This document shows, piece after piece, positions 19,911 to 30,030 of a DNA stretch of 64,000 bases. Made by a program: the position numbers and the translations under genes. The notes under the pieces were generated by a model. It was not told the origin of the DNA. It was given only the letters and a program-made list of their open reading frames with translations, and did no database searches. Position 1 is the first letter of the stretch. Each line of letters begins with the position of its first letter. The DNA lies in the sequence record SRR33789315_132; one strand, given 5' to 3'.

Positions 19911-20804
19911 ATGTCCATCTCCTTTCCATTGCTCGAAGCTCAGATCGGCAAAACGCCTTTAGTGCGTTTAGCTCGTCTTCCCGGCAACACGAGCAATACA
20001 GTCCTTGTAAAGCTCGAGGGTAATAATCCTGCTGGCTCAGTGAAGGATCGTCCTGCCTACAATATGATTCTGCAAGCCGAGATTAGGGGGGATATTCATC
20101 CAGGCGACACCCTTATTGAAGCGACTAGCGGTAATACAGGCATCGCGCTGGCGATGGTCTGTGCCGTAAAGGGATATCGCTTGATCCTCATCATGCCTGA
20201 GAACATGTCTGCGGAAAGGCGCGCCTCTATGAGCGCCTACGGGGCACAGTTAATTCTAGTGACTGAGAACGAGGGTATGGAGGGCGCACGCGATCTCGCC
20301 GAACGAATGCACAAGGAAGGTAAGGGCAAGGTACTGGACCAATTTGCCAATCAAGACAATCCAAGCGCCCACTATTTACATACAGGTCCTGAGATTTGGC
20401 GCGATACGCAGGGCACAGTGACCCACTTTGTAAGCTCTATGGGCACAACCGGAACGATCATGGGAGTGTCTCGTTACCTCAAAGAGCAGAACCCCTCGAT
20501 TCAAATAGTGGGACTGCAACCGAAAGAGGGCTCGCGTATTCCCGGCATTCGTCGTTGGCCAACGGAATACCTCCCCAAAATATTTGATGCCACTCGTGTC
20601 GATCACATTATCGATGTGGATCAAACCGACGCAGAAAACACGATGCGCGCATTAGCAAAAGAGGAGGGCATATTCTGCGGAGTGTCCTCTGGCGGATCAG
20701 TGCATGCGGCGCTAGAACTAAGCAAAGGCATTGAGAATGCTGTGATTGTAGCGATCGTCTGTGATCGCGGAGATCGCTACCTATCTACCGGGGTATTCGC
20801 TTAA
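19911..20804 (+). CDS. cysM: Cysteine synthase B
   Basis: NPAGSVKDR, TSGNTG, GTTGT, IPGIRRWP and DRGDRYLSTGVF. Confidence 0.97.
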   Translation: MSISFPLLEAQIGKTPLVRLARLPGNTSNTVLVKLEGNNPAGSVKDRPAYNMILQAEIRGDIHPGDTLIEATSGNTGIALAMVCAVKGYRLILIMPENMSAERRASMSAYGAQLILVTENEGMEGARDLAERMHKEGKGKVLDQFANQDNPSAHYLHTGPEIWRDTQGTVTHFVSSMGTTGTIMGVSRYLKEQNPSIQIVGLQPKEGSRIPGIRRWPTEYLPKIFDATRVDHIIDVDQTDAENTMRALAKEEGIFCGVSSGGSVHAALELSKGIENAVIVAIVCDRGDRYLSTGVFA

Positions 20805-20873
20805 GTGAGTTTCACTCAAGCAGAACGCCGCAACAGCCCAAATTAATCACTTAACAAGACGATTCATTGCACT

Positions 20874-22247
20874 ATGAGACACAACAGGCGCAAACGCCCA
20901 AAACTGCCTACCGAACCCATAGAAATAGATATTCAGCGCCTTAGTCACGATGGTCGTGGAGTAGCAAGCATCGCTGGCAAGATTGCCTTCGTTGAGGGCG
21001 CCATTGCCGGTGAGCGTGTCCTCGCCGAATATACCGGACAACGCAAGCAATTCGACGAACTGAGAACGGTAGAGGTTCTAAAAGCCTCGGACGAGCGCGT
21101 TACGCCTCCGTGTGTCCATGCTGCAATCTGCGGGGGTTGCGCAATGCAACATATCGCGCCACTTGCGCAGATCGCACTCAAAGAAAAAGTACTACACGAT
21201 CATTTAGCGCATATTGGCGGCCTCAGTAAATTCGAAAGAATTGCGCCTATGCTGAGTCAAACCGAAGGCTATCGACGTAAGGCTCGCTTGGCTGCTCGTT
21301 ATGTTGGCAAGAAAGAGTCGATGCTGATCGGGTTTCGCGAGAAGAACAGCTCCTTCATCGCCCAGATGGATAGTTGTGCCGTGCTCAATCCTGCGGTATC
21401 AGCGTTGATCATGCCGCTACGAGAATTACTAGTGGATTTCGATGGGCGTCTTACACTTCCTCAGATTGAAGTCGCCGTAGGAGAGCGCGAGGCGGCTTCA
21501 ACTATAGGAGAGCATGCAGCGGATCAGGTTGCGCTCGTCGTGCGCCATTTGGAAGCGTTAACAGAGCATGATGCATCGGCTTTGATTGCATTTGCCAAAC
21601 AACATCACTTACACATGTATTTGCAGCCCAAAGGCGCCGATTCTATTCATAAAGTTTGGCCTGAGGATAGCGAAGAGCGCCTCTACTACTATTTACCAGA
21701 CTTCTCATTACGCATGGCGTTTCACCCAGTGGACTTTACCCAGGTCAACGGTGAGTTGAATCGCAAGATGATCGCCTTCGCTTTGGAGTTACTTGCCCCC
21801 CAGGCCGATGAGACTGTGCTAGATCTGTTTTGTGGCCTCGGCAATTTCACCCTGCCTCTTGCGACGCGTTGTAAGCGCGTAGTCGGCGTTGAGGGTAGCG
21901 ACGAGATGGTGCGCAGGGGATTCGAGAATGCGAAGGCCAATGGCATAGAGAACGCGAGTTTCTACTCTGCCGATCTTACTGTGGAGTTTGATGAAAAAAC
22001 ATGGGCGCAACCGGTCTACGACAAGATTCTCTTAGACCCGCCACGCTCCGGTGCTTTGGAGATTATTCCCCGACTCGCCGCATTTAAAGCCAAAAAAATT
22101 GTCTACATCTCTTGTAACCCTGCAACACTAGCGCGCGATGCGGGTGAACTAGCAAAACATGGCTATGAGATGACCCAAGCGGGGGTGATGGACATGTTCC
22201 CCCATACAGGGCATGTGGAATCGATTGCAGAGTTTGTGCTGCGCTAA
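20874..22247 (+). CDS. rlmD: 23S rRNA m5U1939 methyltransferase
   Basis: TRAM domain, C..CGGC Fe-S motif, FTQVN, DLFCGLGNF, DPPRSG, YISCNP and DMFPHTGHVE. Confidence 0.96.
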   Translation: MRHNRRKRPKLPTEPIEIDIQRLSHDGRGVASIAGKIAFVEGAIAGERVLAEYTGQRKQFDELRTVEVLKASDERVTPPCVHAAICGGCAMQHIAPLAQIALKEKVLHDHLAHIGGLSKFERIAPMLSQTEGYRRKARLAARYVGKKESMLIGFREKNSSFIAQMDSCAVLNPAVSALIMPLRELLVDFDGRLTLPQIEVAVGEREAASTIGEHAADQVALVVRHLEALTEHDASALIAFAKQHHLHMYLQPKGADSIHKVWPEDSEERLYYYLPDFSLRMAFHPVDFTQVNGELNRKMIAFALELLAPQADETVLDLFCGLGNFTLPLATRCKRVVGVEGSDEMVRRGFENAKANGIENASFYSADLTVEFDEKTWAQPVYDKILLDPPRSGALEIIPRLAAFKAKKIVYISCNPATLARDAGELAKHGYEMTQAGVMDMFPHTGHVESIAEFVLR

Positions 22248-22275
22248 TCCCCGCACAAACCAAAAGGCCAAGAGC

Positions 22276-24504
22276 ATGGTACACATAAGAGAGACACATA
22301 CTTTTAATAGCGATGGCAGCATCTATTTCGAGCAATGGATGGAGCGACTGCAACAAAGTGGTGTGGCTCTAGACACTGAGGCTATAAAACAAGCCTGCGA
22401 TGTCAGCTGGCAAGCTCATCAAAAATCGGATACCCCAAAGAACGCATGGTTCGAGCAGAGTAGTAGCTACACTACTGGCCTCGAAATGGCCGAGATCCTC
22501 GTAGAGTTGCATCTGGATAACGAGGCCGTCATTGCCGCACTGCTTTATCGAAGTGTGCGTGAATCGCGTCTTAGCCTCGAGGAGCTTACGGCAAAGTTCG
22601 GGTCGGGTGTCGCAAAGCTTGTGGAGGGCGTGTTGCGCATGGCGGCGATCCATGAAACCGACACAAGCCGCAAGCGCGTGCTTGGGCAAAGCGATGATCA
22701 AGTAGAGAATGTGCGCAAAATGCTACTAGCATTGATCGACGATGTGCGCGTTGCGTTGATTAAACTGGCAGAGAGAACCTGCGCGTTACGTGCGGTTAAA
22801 AATTCCTCAGAGGAAAAACGCTTACGAGTGGCCCGCGAGGTTTTCGAGATTTATGTACCTCTTGCTCATCGTCTAGGCATTGGGCAATTGAAATGGGAGT
22901 TGGAAGACCTCTCATTTCGTTACCTTCAAGAGGATAATTATAAGCGCATAGCGAAGTTACTAGATGAGCGTAGAGTGGATCGCGAACGTTTCGTAGCAGA
23001 AGTGACCGAGCAACTACGGCGTCAGTTAGAGCGCGCAAATATCGACGCGGAAGTCACAGGTCGAGCAAAGAATATCTACAGTATTTGGCGCAAGATGCAG
23101 AATAAGAAATTGGATTTTGCGCAGATTTTCGATATTCGGGCAGTGCGAATTCTAGTTCCTGAAGTCCGGGATTGCTATGCCACACTCGGGATCGTCCATA
23201 ATCTTTGGCGTGTCATTCCCAATGAATTCGATGACTACATAGCAACACCTAAAGCGAACGGCTACCAGTCTCTGCATACCGCAGTGATAGGACCCGACAA
23301 TAAGGTGTTTGAGATTCAGATTCGCACCTTCGCGATGGATGAAGATGCAGAGTTAGGGGTGTGTGCTCATTGGCGATATAAAGAGGGCATAGCAGATCCT
23401 GCTTATAAGGATAGTTTCGAAGACAAGATTGCGTGGTTGCGCCAATTGTTGGCCTGGCATGATGAGATGGGGATGGTTGGCGGGCTCGCTGAACAACTGC
23501 GTAGTGACTCAAGCACTCCTGATCGTGTCTATGTGTTCACGCCCGAAGGGCATGTAGTGGATATGATGAAAGGGGCTACCCCGTTGGACTTCGCTTATTA
23601 CGTTCACACAGAAGTGGGCAATAAGTGTTGCGGAGCACGCGTGAATGGTAAAACGGTGCCTCTAAATTATCGTCTTGAAACGGGCGATCGCGTAGAGGTT
23701 TTAGCAGATGATCACAGTCGCCCGAGTCGTGACTGGTTGAAACCGTCGTTGGGCTTCGCAAATACCCCACGTGCACAGGCAAAACTGATCCAATGGTTTA
23801 AGACACAGGGGCGTGAACAGAATATAGAGCATGGTAAAGCGCTATTAGAGGAAGAGTTCGCCCGACTTGCCGTGCACAGCCCTCACTATAAAGAACTTGC
23901 ACGCCGTTTGGGTTGCAAGAACGCCGATGCCTTGTTTGCGGCTGTCGGCGTGAGTGCGATTACTGTAGATGAAGTCGTTGCTGCCGCCCAGGAGCTTTCG
24001 CAGATTCTGCGTGTATTGGATGATGCAAGCGTCGAAGCAGACGCCGCAGCGCAAGTGTATGGGGTAGGGCGTTTGGCGACCGCGTTGGCGTCATGCTGTT
24101 CGCCAGAGCAGGGCGATGCGATAGTCGGTTGCTTAACCAAGCAAAACGAGGTGGTTATCCATAAGATCGACTGCCGAGAGGCTCTACATTACCAGCAGTC
24201 CAGCAATGAAAATTTTATCGAAGTGCAATGGAGTGAGGGGCGTCGAATCAGCATGCTCGCCGAGCTATTTGTGCTTGCCTACGATCGAGCAGGATTACTG
24301 AGGGATGTAACGACGATTCTCGCTGACGCCAAAATCGAGGTGATGCAAGTGAATACTCGTTCCGATAAGCAGGCCGGCACTGCAAAAATGAACCTCGAAG
24401 TAGAAGTGGATTCGTTTCATGCATTATCTAGGGTTCTGGAGAAAATTAGCCGTTTGAACAACGTAATCGAGGCACGTCGCGTCGACGCAACTTCAAATAA
24501 ATGA
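22276..24504 (+). CDS. relA: (p)ppGpp synthetase RelA
   Basis: Degenerate HD domain (ALLYR), EFDDY synthetase motif, YQSLHT, TGS, ZFD (CC..H..C) and ACT; start ATG 22276. Confidence 0.95.
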   Translation: MVHIRETHTFNSDGSIYFEQWMERLQQSGVALDTEAIKQACDVSWQAHQKSDTPKNAWFEQSSSYTTGLEMAEILVELHLDNEAVIAALLYRSVRESRLSLEELTAKFGSGVAKLVEGVLRMAAIHETDTSRKRVLGQSDDQVENVRKMLLALIDDVRVALIKLAERTCALRAVKNSSEEKRLRVAREVFEIYVPLAHRLGIGQLKWELEDLSFRYLQEDNYKRIAKLLDERRVDRERFVAEVTEQLRRQLERANIDAEVTGRAKNIYSIWRKMQNKKLDFAQIFDIRAVRILVPEVRDCYATLGIVHNLWRVIPNEFDDYIATPKANGYQSLHTAVIGPDNKVFEIQIRTFAMDEDAELGVCAHWRYKEGIADPAYKDSFEDKIAWLRQLLAWHDEMGMVGGLAEQLRSDSSTPDRVYVFTPEGHVVDMMKGATPLDFAYYVHTEVGNKCCGARVNGKTVPLNYRLETGDRVEVLADDHSRPSRDWLKPSLGFANTPRAQAKLIQWFKTQGREQNIEHGKALLEEEFARLAVHSPHYKELARRLGCKNADALFAAVGVSAITVDEVVAAAQELSQILRVLDDASVEADAAAQVYGVGRLATALASCCSPEQGDAIVGCLTKQNEVVIHKIDCREALHYQQSSNENFIEVQWSEGRRISMLAELFVLAYDRAGLLRDVTTILADAKIEVMQVNTRSDKQAGTAKMNLEVEVDSFHALSRVLEKISRLNNVIEARRVDATSNK

Positions 24505-24546
24505 GTTTCTCGACTAGTGGCAAGACGAAAGCGAACGGAGTGCGGT

Positions 24547-25395
24547 ATGAATAAGGCTTATCGAATTGAAGATCTACTGAGTTTAATGGAGAAATTACGC
24601 GACCCAGAGTTTGGTTGCAGTTGGGACAGGAAGCAGAGTCTTCGCACGCTTACAGGCTTTACCTTAGAGGAAGTCTATGAGGTAATCGATGCAGTTGAAA
24701 CGGGAGACAACGCGCAATTGCAGGATGAGTTAGGCGATCTGTTGTTTCAAATAGTTTTCTATGCCCAAATTGCGAAAGAAGAGGGACGTTTCGAGTTCAG
24801 TGCAGTGATTGGCTCTATTACTCAGAAGCTATTGCGCCGCCACCCCCATGTCTTTCCCGATGGCACACTTGAGAGTTTTGGGAATAGCGAACTGGCTCTC
24901 AGTCCAGAGCAAGTCGAGCAGCGCTGGGAGCAAATCAAGAATGAGGAACGGGCGAACAAAGCGGGCGTTCTCAATGTGACAACTCAGCCTAGCGTCTTAG
25001 ACGATATCCCGGTGACTTTACCGGCATTTGATCGCGCGAGGAAACTTCAAAAGCGTGCCTCTTCAGTCGGCTTCGATTGGAGCGTTAAGCAAGCAGTGAT
25101 CGACAAGGTAAAAGAGGAACTTGCGGAGCTAGAAGTGGAGTTGGCGCAAGGAGACCAGGCGAAGATAGAGCAGGAGTTCGGCGATTTGATGTTTAGCTGC
25201 GTCAATCTCGCTCGTCATCTACAAATTGATCCCGAGTCCTCTCTACGCTCTAGCAATCGCAAATTCGAGGCTCGCTTTCGCTCTATAGAGGGACTGGCGA
25301 GCCAAAAAGGTCAAAGATTAAAAGAGCTTGACGCGACTGAACTGGATGGGCTTTGGGAACAAGTCAAGGCGCAAGAAAAAAATTCCGCCAAATAG
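24547..25395 (+). CDS. mazG: Nucleoside triphosphate pyrophosphohydrolase MazG
   Basis: LRDP..GCSWD, EEVYEV, DELGDLLFQ, RRHPHVF, EFGD; tandem domains after relA. Confidence 0.95.
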   Translation: MNKAYRIEDLLSLMEKLRDPEFGCSWDRKQSLRTLTGFTLEEVYEVIDAVETGDNAQLQDELGDLLFQIVFYAQIAKEEGRFEFSAVIGSITQKLLRRHPHVFPDGTLESFGNSELALSPEQVEQRWEQIKNEERANKAGVLNVTTQPSVLDDIPVTLPAFDRARKLQKRASSVGFDWSVKQAVIDKVKEELAELEVELAQGDQAKIEQEFGDLMFSCVNLARHLQIDPESSLRSSNRKFEARFRSIEGLASQKGQRLKELDATELDGLWEQVKAQEKNSAK

Positions 25396-25575
25396 GCAAT
25401 AATAGGGCGCAGTAACGGCGTTCTTGTTTCCGCGCGGGGCTTTAGTGTATGGTCGATGCCTTCGCGCAAAGCATAATGGTCAGGCGCATTGCCAATAGCT
25501 CGATAGGATATAATGCAGAGCAAGAGCTGTATCCAGATTGCGAAAACTATTAGATTTTAAGTATTACTATGATAG

Positions 25576-26268
<693 letters not shown>

Positions 26269-26281
26269 TTACACTTTTTAT

Positions 26282-26311
26282 GAGGGCGTTGCGAGAGTGT
26301 GCAACGCCCTC
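26282..26311 (+). terminator. Strong hairpin after adk (no U-tract)
   Basis: GAGGGCGTTGC-N8-GCAACGCCCTC, an 11-bp perfect stem. Confidence 0.5.
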
Positions 26312-26583
26312 CATTAAGCGTTAGAGTTTTGTGAAAAGTCCGTCGCAGTTTTATTTTCGTTTTAATCGTTTCCCTCGCAAATTTTCTCCATATACCCTCC
26401 GTTTTACCCTTACTTGCCTTTTTCGTTAATTATTTGCTGATTAATGTTGATTTTTTTCATTATTTTGAGATAGCACTGCTGTATAGCCGATATTTTTTGT
26501 GCTAAGGTGCCGCTCAAACGTGGGTACACTCATGTTGAAGAAATTAACGTGGTTTTGTTCCACATTTTAGGAGAGATAACAGT

Positions 26584-27585
26584 ATGGCCAAAGTTAAAGC
26601 GACAAAGAAGGCGCCTGCTAAATCGGCGGTTAAAAAAACCGGTGATGCTGCTCTTGCGAAAGCAAAGACAGCTTTAGCAAAGCTGCAGAAAGAAGCAGCT
26701 ACTGCTAACAAGCAACTCGCTACTGCTCAAAGCAAAGCCGAGGCAGCGAAGAAAAAAGCTGCGCAATCTGCCACTGCAACTAGCAAGAAAGCCGCAGCAA
26801 GTTCAAAAGCTGCTGCCGCTAAGCTGGCAACTAAAGTCCGCCAAACTAACGCTAAACTCAAATCTGCAGAAACAAGTGTGAAAGCTGCTCAAGCTGCTGC
26901 GAAAGCAAAAGCTGCAGCTGAAGCAAGACAGAAAGCCGCTGCGGCTCGACGCGCTGCGATTGCTGCAAAAGCAGAAGCAGATCTCGCGAAGGCTGTAAAA
27001 GCGTTTGCTGACCAGTGGAAGAAGAAGCGTGCTAAGGCAGACGCTGCTAAAGAAGCTGCTCGTAAGAAGAAAGATGATCTAAAGCGTAAGATTGCGGCTA
27101 AGAAAGCAGCTGTCAAAGCGAAAGCGGCAGCCTCTAAAGCTGCGGCACGCGCAAAAGCAGCCGCTAAGAAGCGTTTAGCTCGTGAGAAAGTAGCAGCACG
27201 TCGTGCCGCTGCCAAAGCGAAAGCAGCTGCCAAGCGTTTAGCATTGCGTGAAAAGGCAGCGGCTAAGAAAGCCGCGGCTAAAGCGAAAGCTAGTGCTAAG
27301 AAAACTGCTAAGAAAGCTGTGAAGACAGTGAAGAAGGCAGTTGCTAAGAAGCCAGCCGCTAAGAAAGCAGCGAAGCAGAAGCCAGCCAAGAAAGCCGCAG
27401 CTAAGAAGCCTGCCGCTAAGAAAGCGGCGGCTAAGAAGCCAGCCGCTAAGAAAGCAGCAGCTAAAAAGCCTGCAGCGAAGAAAGCGGCAGCTAAGAAGCC
27501 AGCAGCCAAAAAAGCAGCTAAGAAGCCTGCCGCTAAGCGTAAGGCCCCTGCGAAAGCAGCGGCTCCAGCACCAGCTGCTAGCTGA
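26584..27585 (+). CDS. Lys/Ala-rich histone H1-like (AlgP-like) basic protein
   Basis: 333 aa dominated by A and K; helical N-terminal/central part; C-terminal KKPAAKKAAA repeats; AGGAGA SD and its own terminator. Confidence 0.85.
   Translation: MAKVKATKKAPAKSAVKKTGDAALAKAKTALAKLQKEAATANKQLATAQSKAEAAKKKAAQSATATSKKAAASSKAAAAKLATKVRQTNAKLKSAETSVKAAQAAAKAKAAAEARQKAAAARRAAIAAKAEADLAKAVKAFADQWKKKRAKADAAKEAARKKKDDLKRKIAAKKAAVKAKAAASKAAARAKAAAKKRLAREKVAARRAAAKAKAAAKRLALREKAAAKKAAAKAKASAKKTAKKAVKTVKKAVAKKPAAKKAAKQKPAKKAAAKKPAAKKAAAKKPAAKKAAAKKPAAKKAAAKKPAAKKAAKKPAAKRKAPAKAAAPAPAAS
27391..27537 (+). repeat. Coding tandem repeat, four 30-bp units plus a 27-bp unit (KAAAKKPAAK)
   Basis: Units start at 27391, 27421, 27451, 27481 and 27511; the four full units differ only at synonymous positions. 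Confidence 0.9.
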
Positions 27586-27626
27586 GTTTGCTCGTTTGAG
27601 CTAGCTGTTTTCCGAAACGGCTAAAT

Positions 27627-27667
27627 AAAATCCCTCAGGGTTCTAAACTCTGAGGGATTTTTTGTTT
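27627..27667 (+). terminator. Rho-independent terminator of the histone-like gene
   Basis: AAAATCCCTCAG-GGTT-CTA-AACT-CTGAGGGATTTT-TTGTTT; preceded by a second hairpin TAGCTGTTT-TCCG-AAACGGCTA (27602-27623). Confidence 0.85.
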
Positions 27668-27687
27668 GCATTCCGTATAATCCCCGC

Positions 27688-28374
27688 ATGTCTAAAATAC
27701 TCGCCATCGACACGTCCCATTCGCATTGTTCTGTTGCCTTGAATAATGCAGGCAGCATTGACTCATTGCTTACTGTACAAGCCCGCCAGCATGCGCAAAA
27801 ACTGCTGCCAATGATCGAAGAGCTTTTGAGTCGTCAGACCTTACGCTTGTCGGAGCTCGATGCTATTGCATTCGTGAATGGCCCCGGCTCTTTCACAGGT
27901 TTGCGCATAGGGGCGGGGGTTGCCCAGGGCTTAGCACTCGGTGCGCAATTACCCGTTCTAGGTTTGTCATCGATGGCTGTCATCGCATTAAAGGCATCTC
28001 GACATGTACCAGGTAAGGAGTTTTTAGTGTGCATGCATGCGCGCGAGAACGAACTCTATAGCGCTGCATATCGAATAGTGTCTGACGACGTTTTATTGTT
28101 GGGCGAGGAACGTGTCGGTGGGTTTGAATCGATTCCTTTTGCTGCGCTTACGGCACCAAAAGACGCATTTATTGTAGGGGACGCCCAACAGTTAGCACTG
28201 CATGCGATTCTGGAGAATGCGGGAGAGTCAATGATGCTCTATAGCGAAGAGTGTGTGCCGGATGCGCGGACACTCAGTATACTCGCAGCTACTCGTTTCG
28301 ATAGCGGTCAAGGGGTAGAGCCTGCATTAGCTCTTCCGGTCTATCTCAAAGATCAAATGGATTATCAGGAATAA
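27688..28374 (+). CDS. tsaB: tRNA t6A biosynthesis protein TsaB
   Basis: ILAIDTS, HAQKLLPMI, GPGSFTGLRIG and PVYL. Confidence 0.95.
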   Translation: MSKILAIDTSHSHCSVALNNAGSIDSLLTVQARQHAQKLLPMIEELLSRQTLRLSELDAIAFVNGPGSFTGLRIGAGVAQGLALGAQLPVLGLSSMAVIALKASRHVPGKEFLVCMHARENELYSAAYRIVSDDVLLLGEERVGGFESIPFAALTAPKDAFIVGDAQQLALHAILENAGESMMLYSEECVPDARTLSILAATRFDSGQGVEPALALPVYLKDQMDYQE

Positions 28375-28375
28375 T

Positions 28376-29185
28376 ATGGAATTGGATTTCTTTAGAACTA
28401 CCTTTCTCGCAATTTTGCAGGGCTTTACCGAGTTCCTCCCAATTTCTAGTTCCGCCCACATTATTTTGCCGAAAGAGTTACTCGGCTGGCCAGATCAAGG
28501 TTTGATCTTTGATGTAGCGGTCCATGTGGGTAGCTTGATTGCGGTGCTGCTGTATTTTCGACGCGATATTAATACACTTTTTAAGGCATGGCTTTCTACC
28601 TGCACAGGGAAGCCTCAAACAACCGATTCGCGACTTGCTTGGTATGTGATTTTTGCCACAATTCCCGCCGGGTTGATAGGTTTTCTAGCGAGCGATGTTG
28701 TAGAGCAATATTCGCGCTCTATGTTGCTTATCGCGTTTACCTCGATCTTCTTTGGGATACTTCTCTATATAGCCGACCGTATCGGTAAGCAAACACTCTC
28801 GATCGAACAACTCACTTTAAAATCTAGCCTGATCATCGGTTTTTTCCAGGTTCTCGCCCTATTGCCTGGCACCTCTCGCTCTGGTGCGACAATGACGGCG
28901 GCACTGTTCTGCGGTCTCGATCGTAAAGCCGCGGCAAAATTTTCGTTTCTACTGGCCATTCCTATTATCGCCGCAGGAGGAATGCTAGAAGCTTACGAAT
29001 TGATGTCCTCGGAGCAAGCGCGTGAGTGGGGAATGTTGTTATATGCAATTGCGGTCTCAGCCACTGTCTCATTGCTCTGTATTCATTATTTTCTTCGCCT
29101 TATCGATAAAGTCGGCTTCATGCCCTTTATTATTTATCGCGTGGTCTTGGGCCTAGCACTATTTGCAATCTATTTTTCGCGTTGA
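28376..29185 (+). CDS. uppP: Undecaprenyl-diphosphate phosphatase
   Basis: QGFTEFLPISSSAH, PGTSRSG and FSFLLAIP. Confidence 0.96.
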   Translation: MELDFFRTTFLAILQGFTEFLPISSSAHIILPKELLGWPDQGLIFDVAVHVGSLIAVLLYFRRDINTLFKAWLSTCTGKPQTTDSRLAWYVIFATIPAGLIGFLASDVVEQYSRSMLLIAFTSIFFGILLYIADRIGKQTLSIEQLTLKSSLIIGFFQVLALLPGTSRSGATMTAALFCGLDRKAAAKFSFLLAIPIIAAGGMLEAYELMSSEQAREWGMLLYAIAVSATVSLLCIHYFLRLIDKVGFMPFIIYRVVLGLALFAIYFSR

Positions 29186-29223
29186 GCTGAACTAGAAGGC
29201 GTGACTTTCAGGGGAATTTCCCA

Positions 29224-30030
29224 ATGCCCGAGCAATGTCTGATTGCGTTAGCCGATTACGACGCAAGTGCTACGCAAGAAATAGGCGCTTTGGCTGCTCA
29301 GTTGTCCGTGCCCCTTTTGCCAGAGGGGTATTCTCCCAATCTGTTCTGTCAGTTTCTTTTATTCTACGACAATGCCCGGCTAAGTCTGCGTAGCACTGCT
29401 GAGGGTGCCTCAGGCGCCGTGTGTGTCGATTTCGATAGCGCTAGCTTGCAGTATCGCCAGCGTCATCCGGTGCAGCCCGAGGCGCTTCTTAAGGCCGCTG
29501 CGATAAAGCAAGGCCATAGAAGCCGTGTTCTAGATGCAACGGCGGGTTTTGGTTTAGATGCCTATTTGTTCGCGTCGGCAGGAAGCGAAGTGACACTATG
29601 CGAGCGATCGCCAATATTGCATGCGATGCTGGCGGATGGGCTGAGGCGGGCTTCCGAGAGTTTGGACGAGCGGGTAACGCAGGCGGTTTCACGTATGAAT
29701 CTAGTGGCAGGTGATAGTCTTATATTTATGCAAGACCCAAAGGCATGGCAGCTGCGGCCAGAGATTATCTATCTAGACCCGATGTTTCCAGAGCGAAAGA
29801 AGAAGAGCGCAAAAGTTAAGAAGAATATGGCCGTCTTGCAGCAACTGCTACACAGTGAGCACGATGCACCAGGGCTGTTAGCACAAGCGTTGGATTTAGC
29901 AGAGAAGCGGGTGGTTGTGAAGCGCCCCAGACTTGCGCCATTTCTTGATGAGCGCAAGCCGGGCTTTTCACTTGAAGGGAAGTCTAGCCGTTTCGATGTC
30001 TACCCAATTGCTGCCTCTTCAAAATCTTAA
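29224..30030 (+). CDS. rsmJ: 16S rRNA m2G1516 methyltransferase RsmJ
   Basis: VLDATAGFGLDA, YLDPMFP, RVVVKRP and RFDVY. Confidence 0.9.
   Translation: MPEQCLIALADYDASATQEIGALAAQLSVPLLPEGYSPNLFCQFLLFYDNARLSLRSTAEGASGAVCVDFDSASLQYRQRHPVQPEALLKAAAIKQGHRSRVLDATAGFGLDAYLFASAGSEVTLCERSPILHAMLADGLRRASESLDERVTQAVSRMNLVAGDSLIFMQDPKAWQLRPEIIYLDPMFPERKKKSAKVKKNMAVLQQLLHSEHDAPGLLAQALDLAEKRVVVKRPRLAPFLDERKPGFSLEGKSSRFDVYPIAASSKS

Noticed and set aside
24505..24546. No mazEF between relA and mazG
   Set aside because: Direct relA-mazG adjacency is normal outside enterobacteria.
26889..27509. 206-aa minus-strand ORF rich in A/F/L (AAGFLAAAF repeats)
   Set aside because: It is the antisense shadow of the Lys/Ala repeat gene; the SD, terminator and synonymous pattern all support the + strand.
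27391..27537. Regular 30-bp repeats as a possible CRISPR array
   Set aside because: There are no spacers, the repeats are in-frame coding, and no cas genes are present.
30027..30030. rsmJ and dapE stops overlap on TTAA
   Set aside because: This is a common convergent 4-bp overlap with no further signal.
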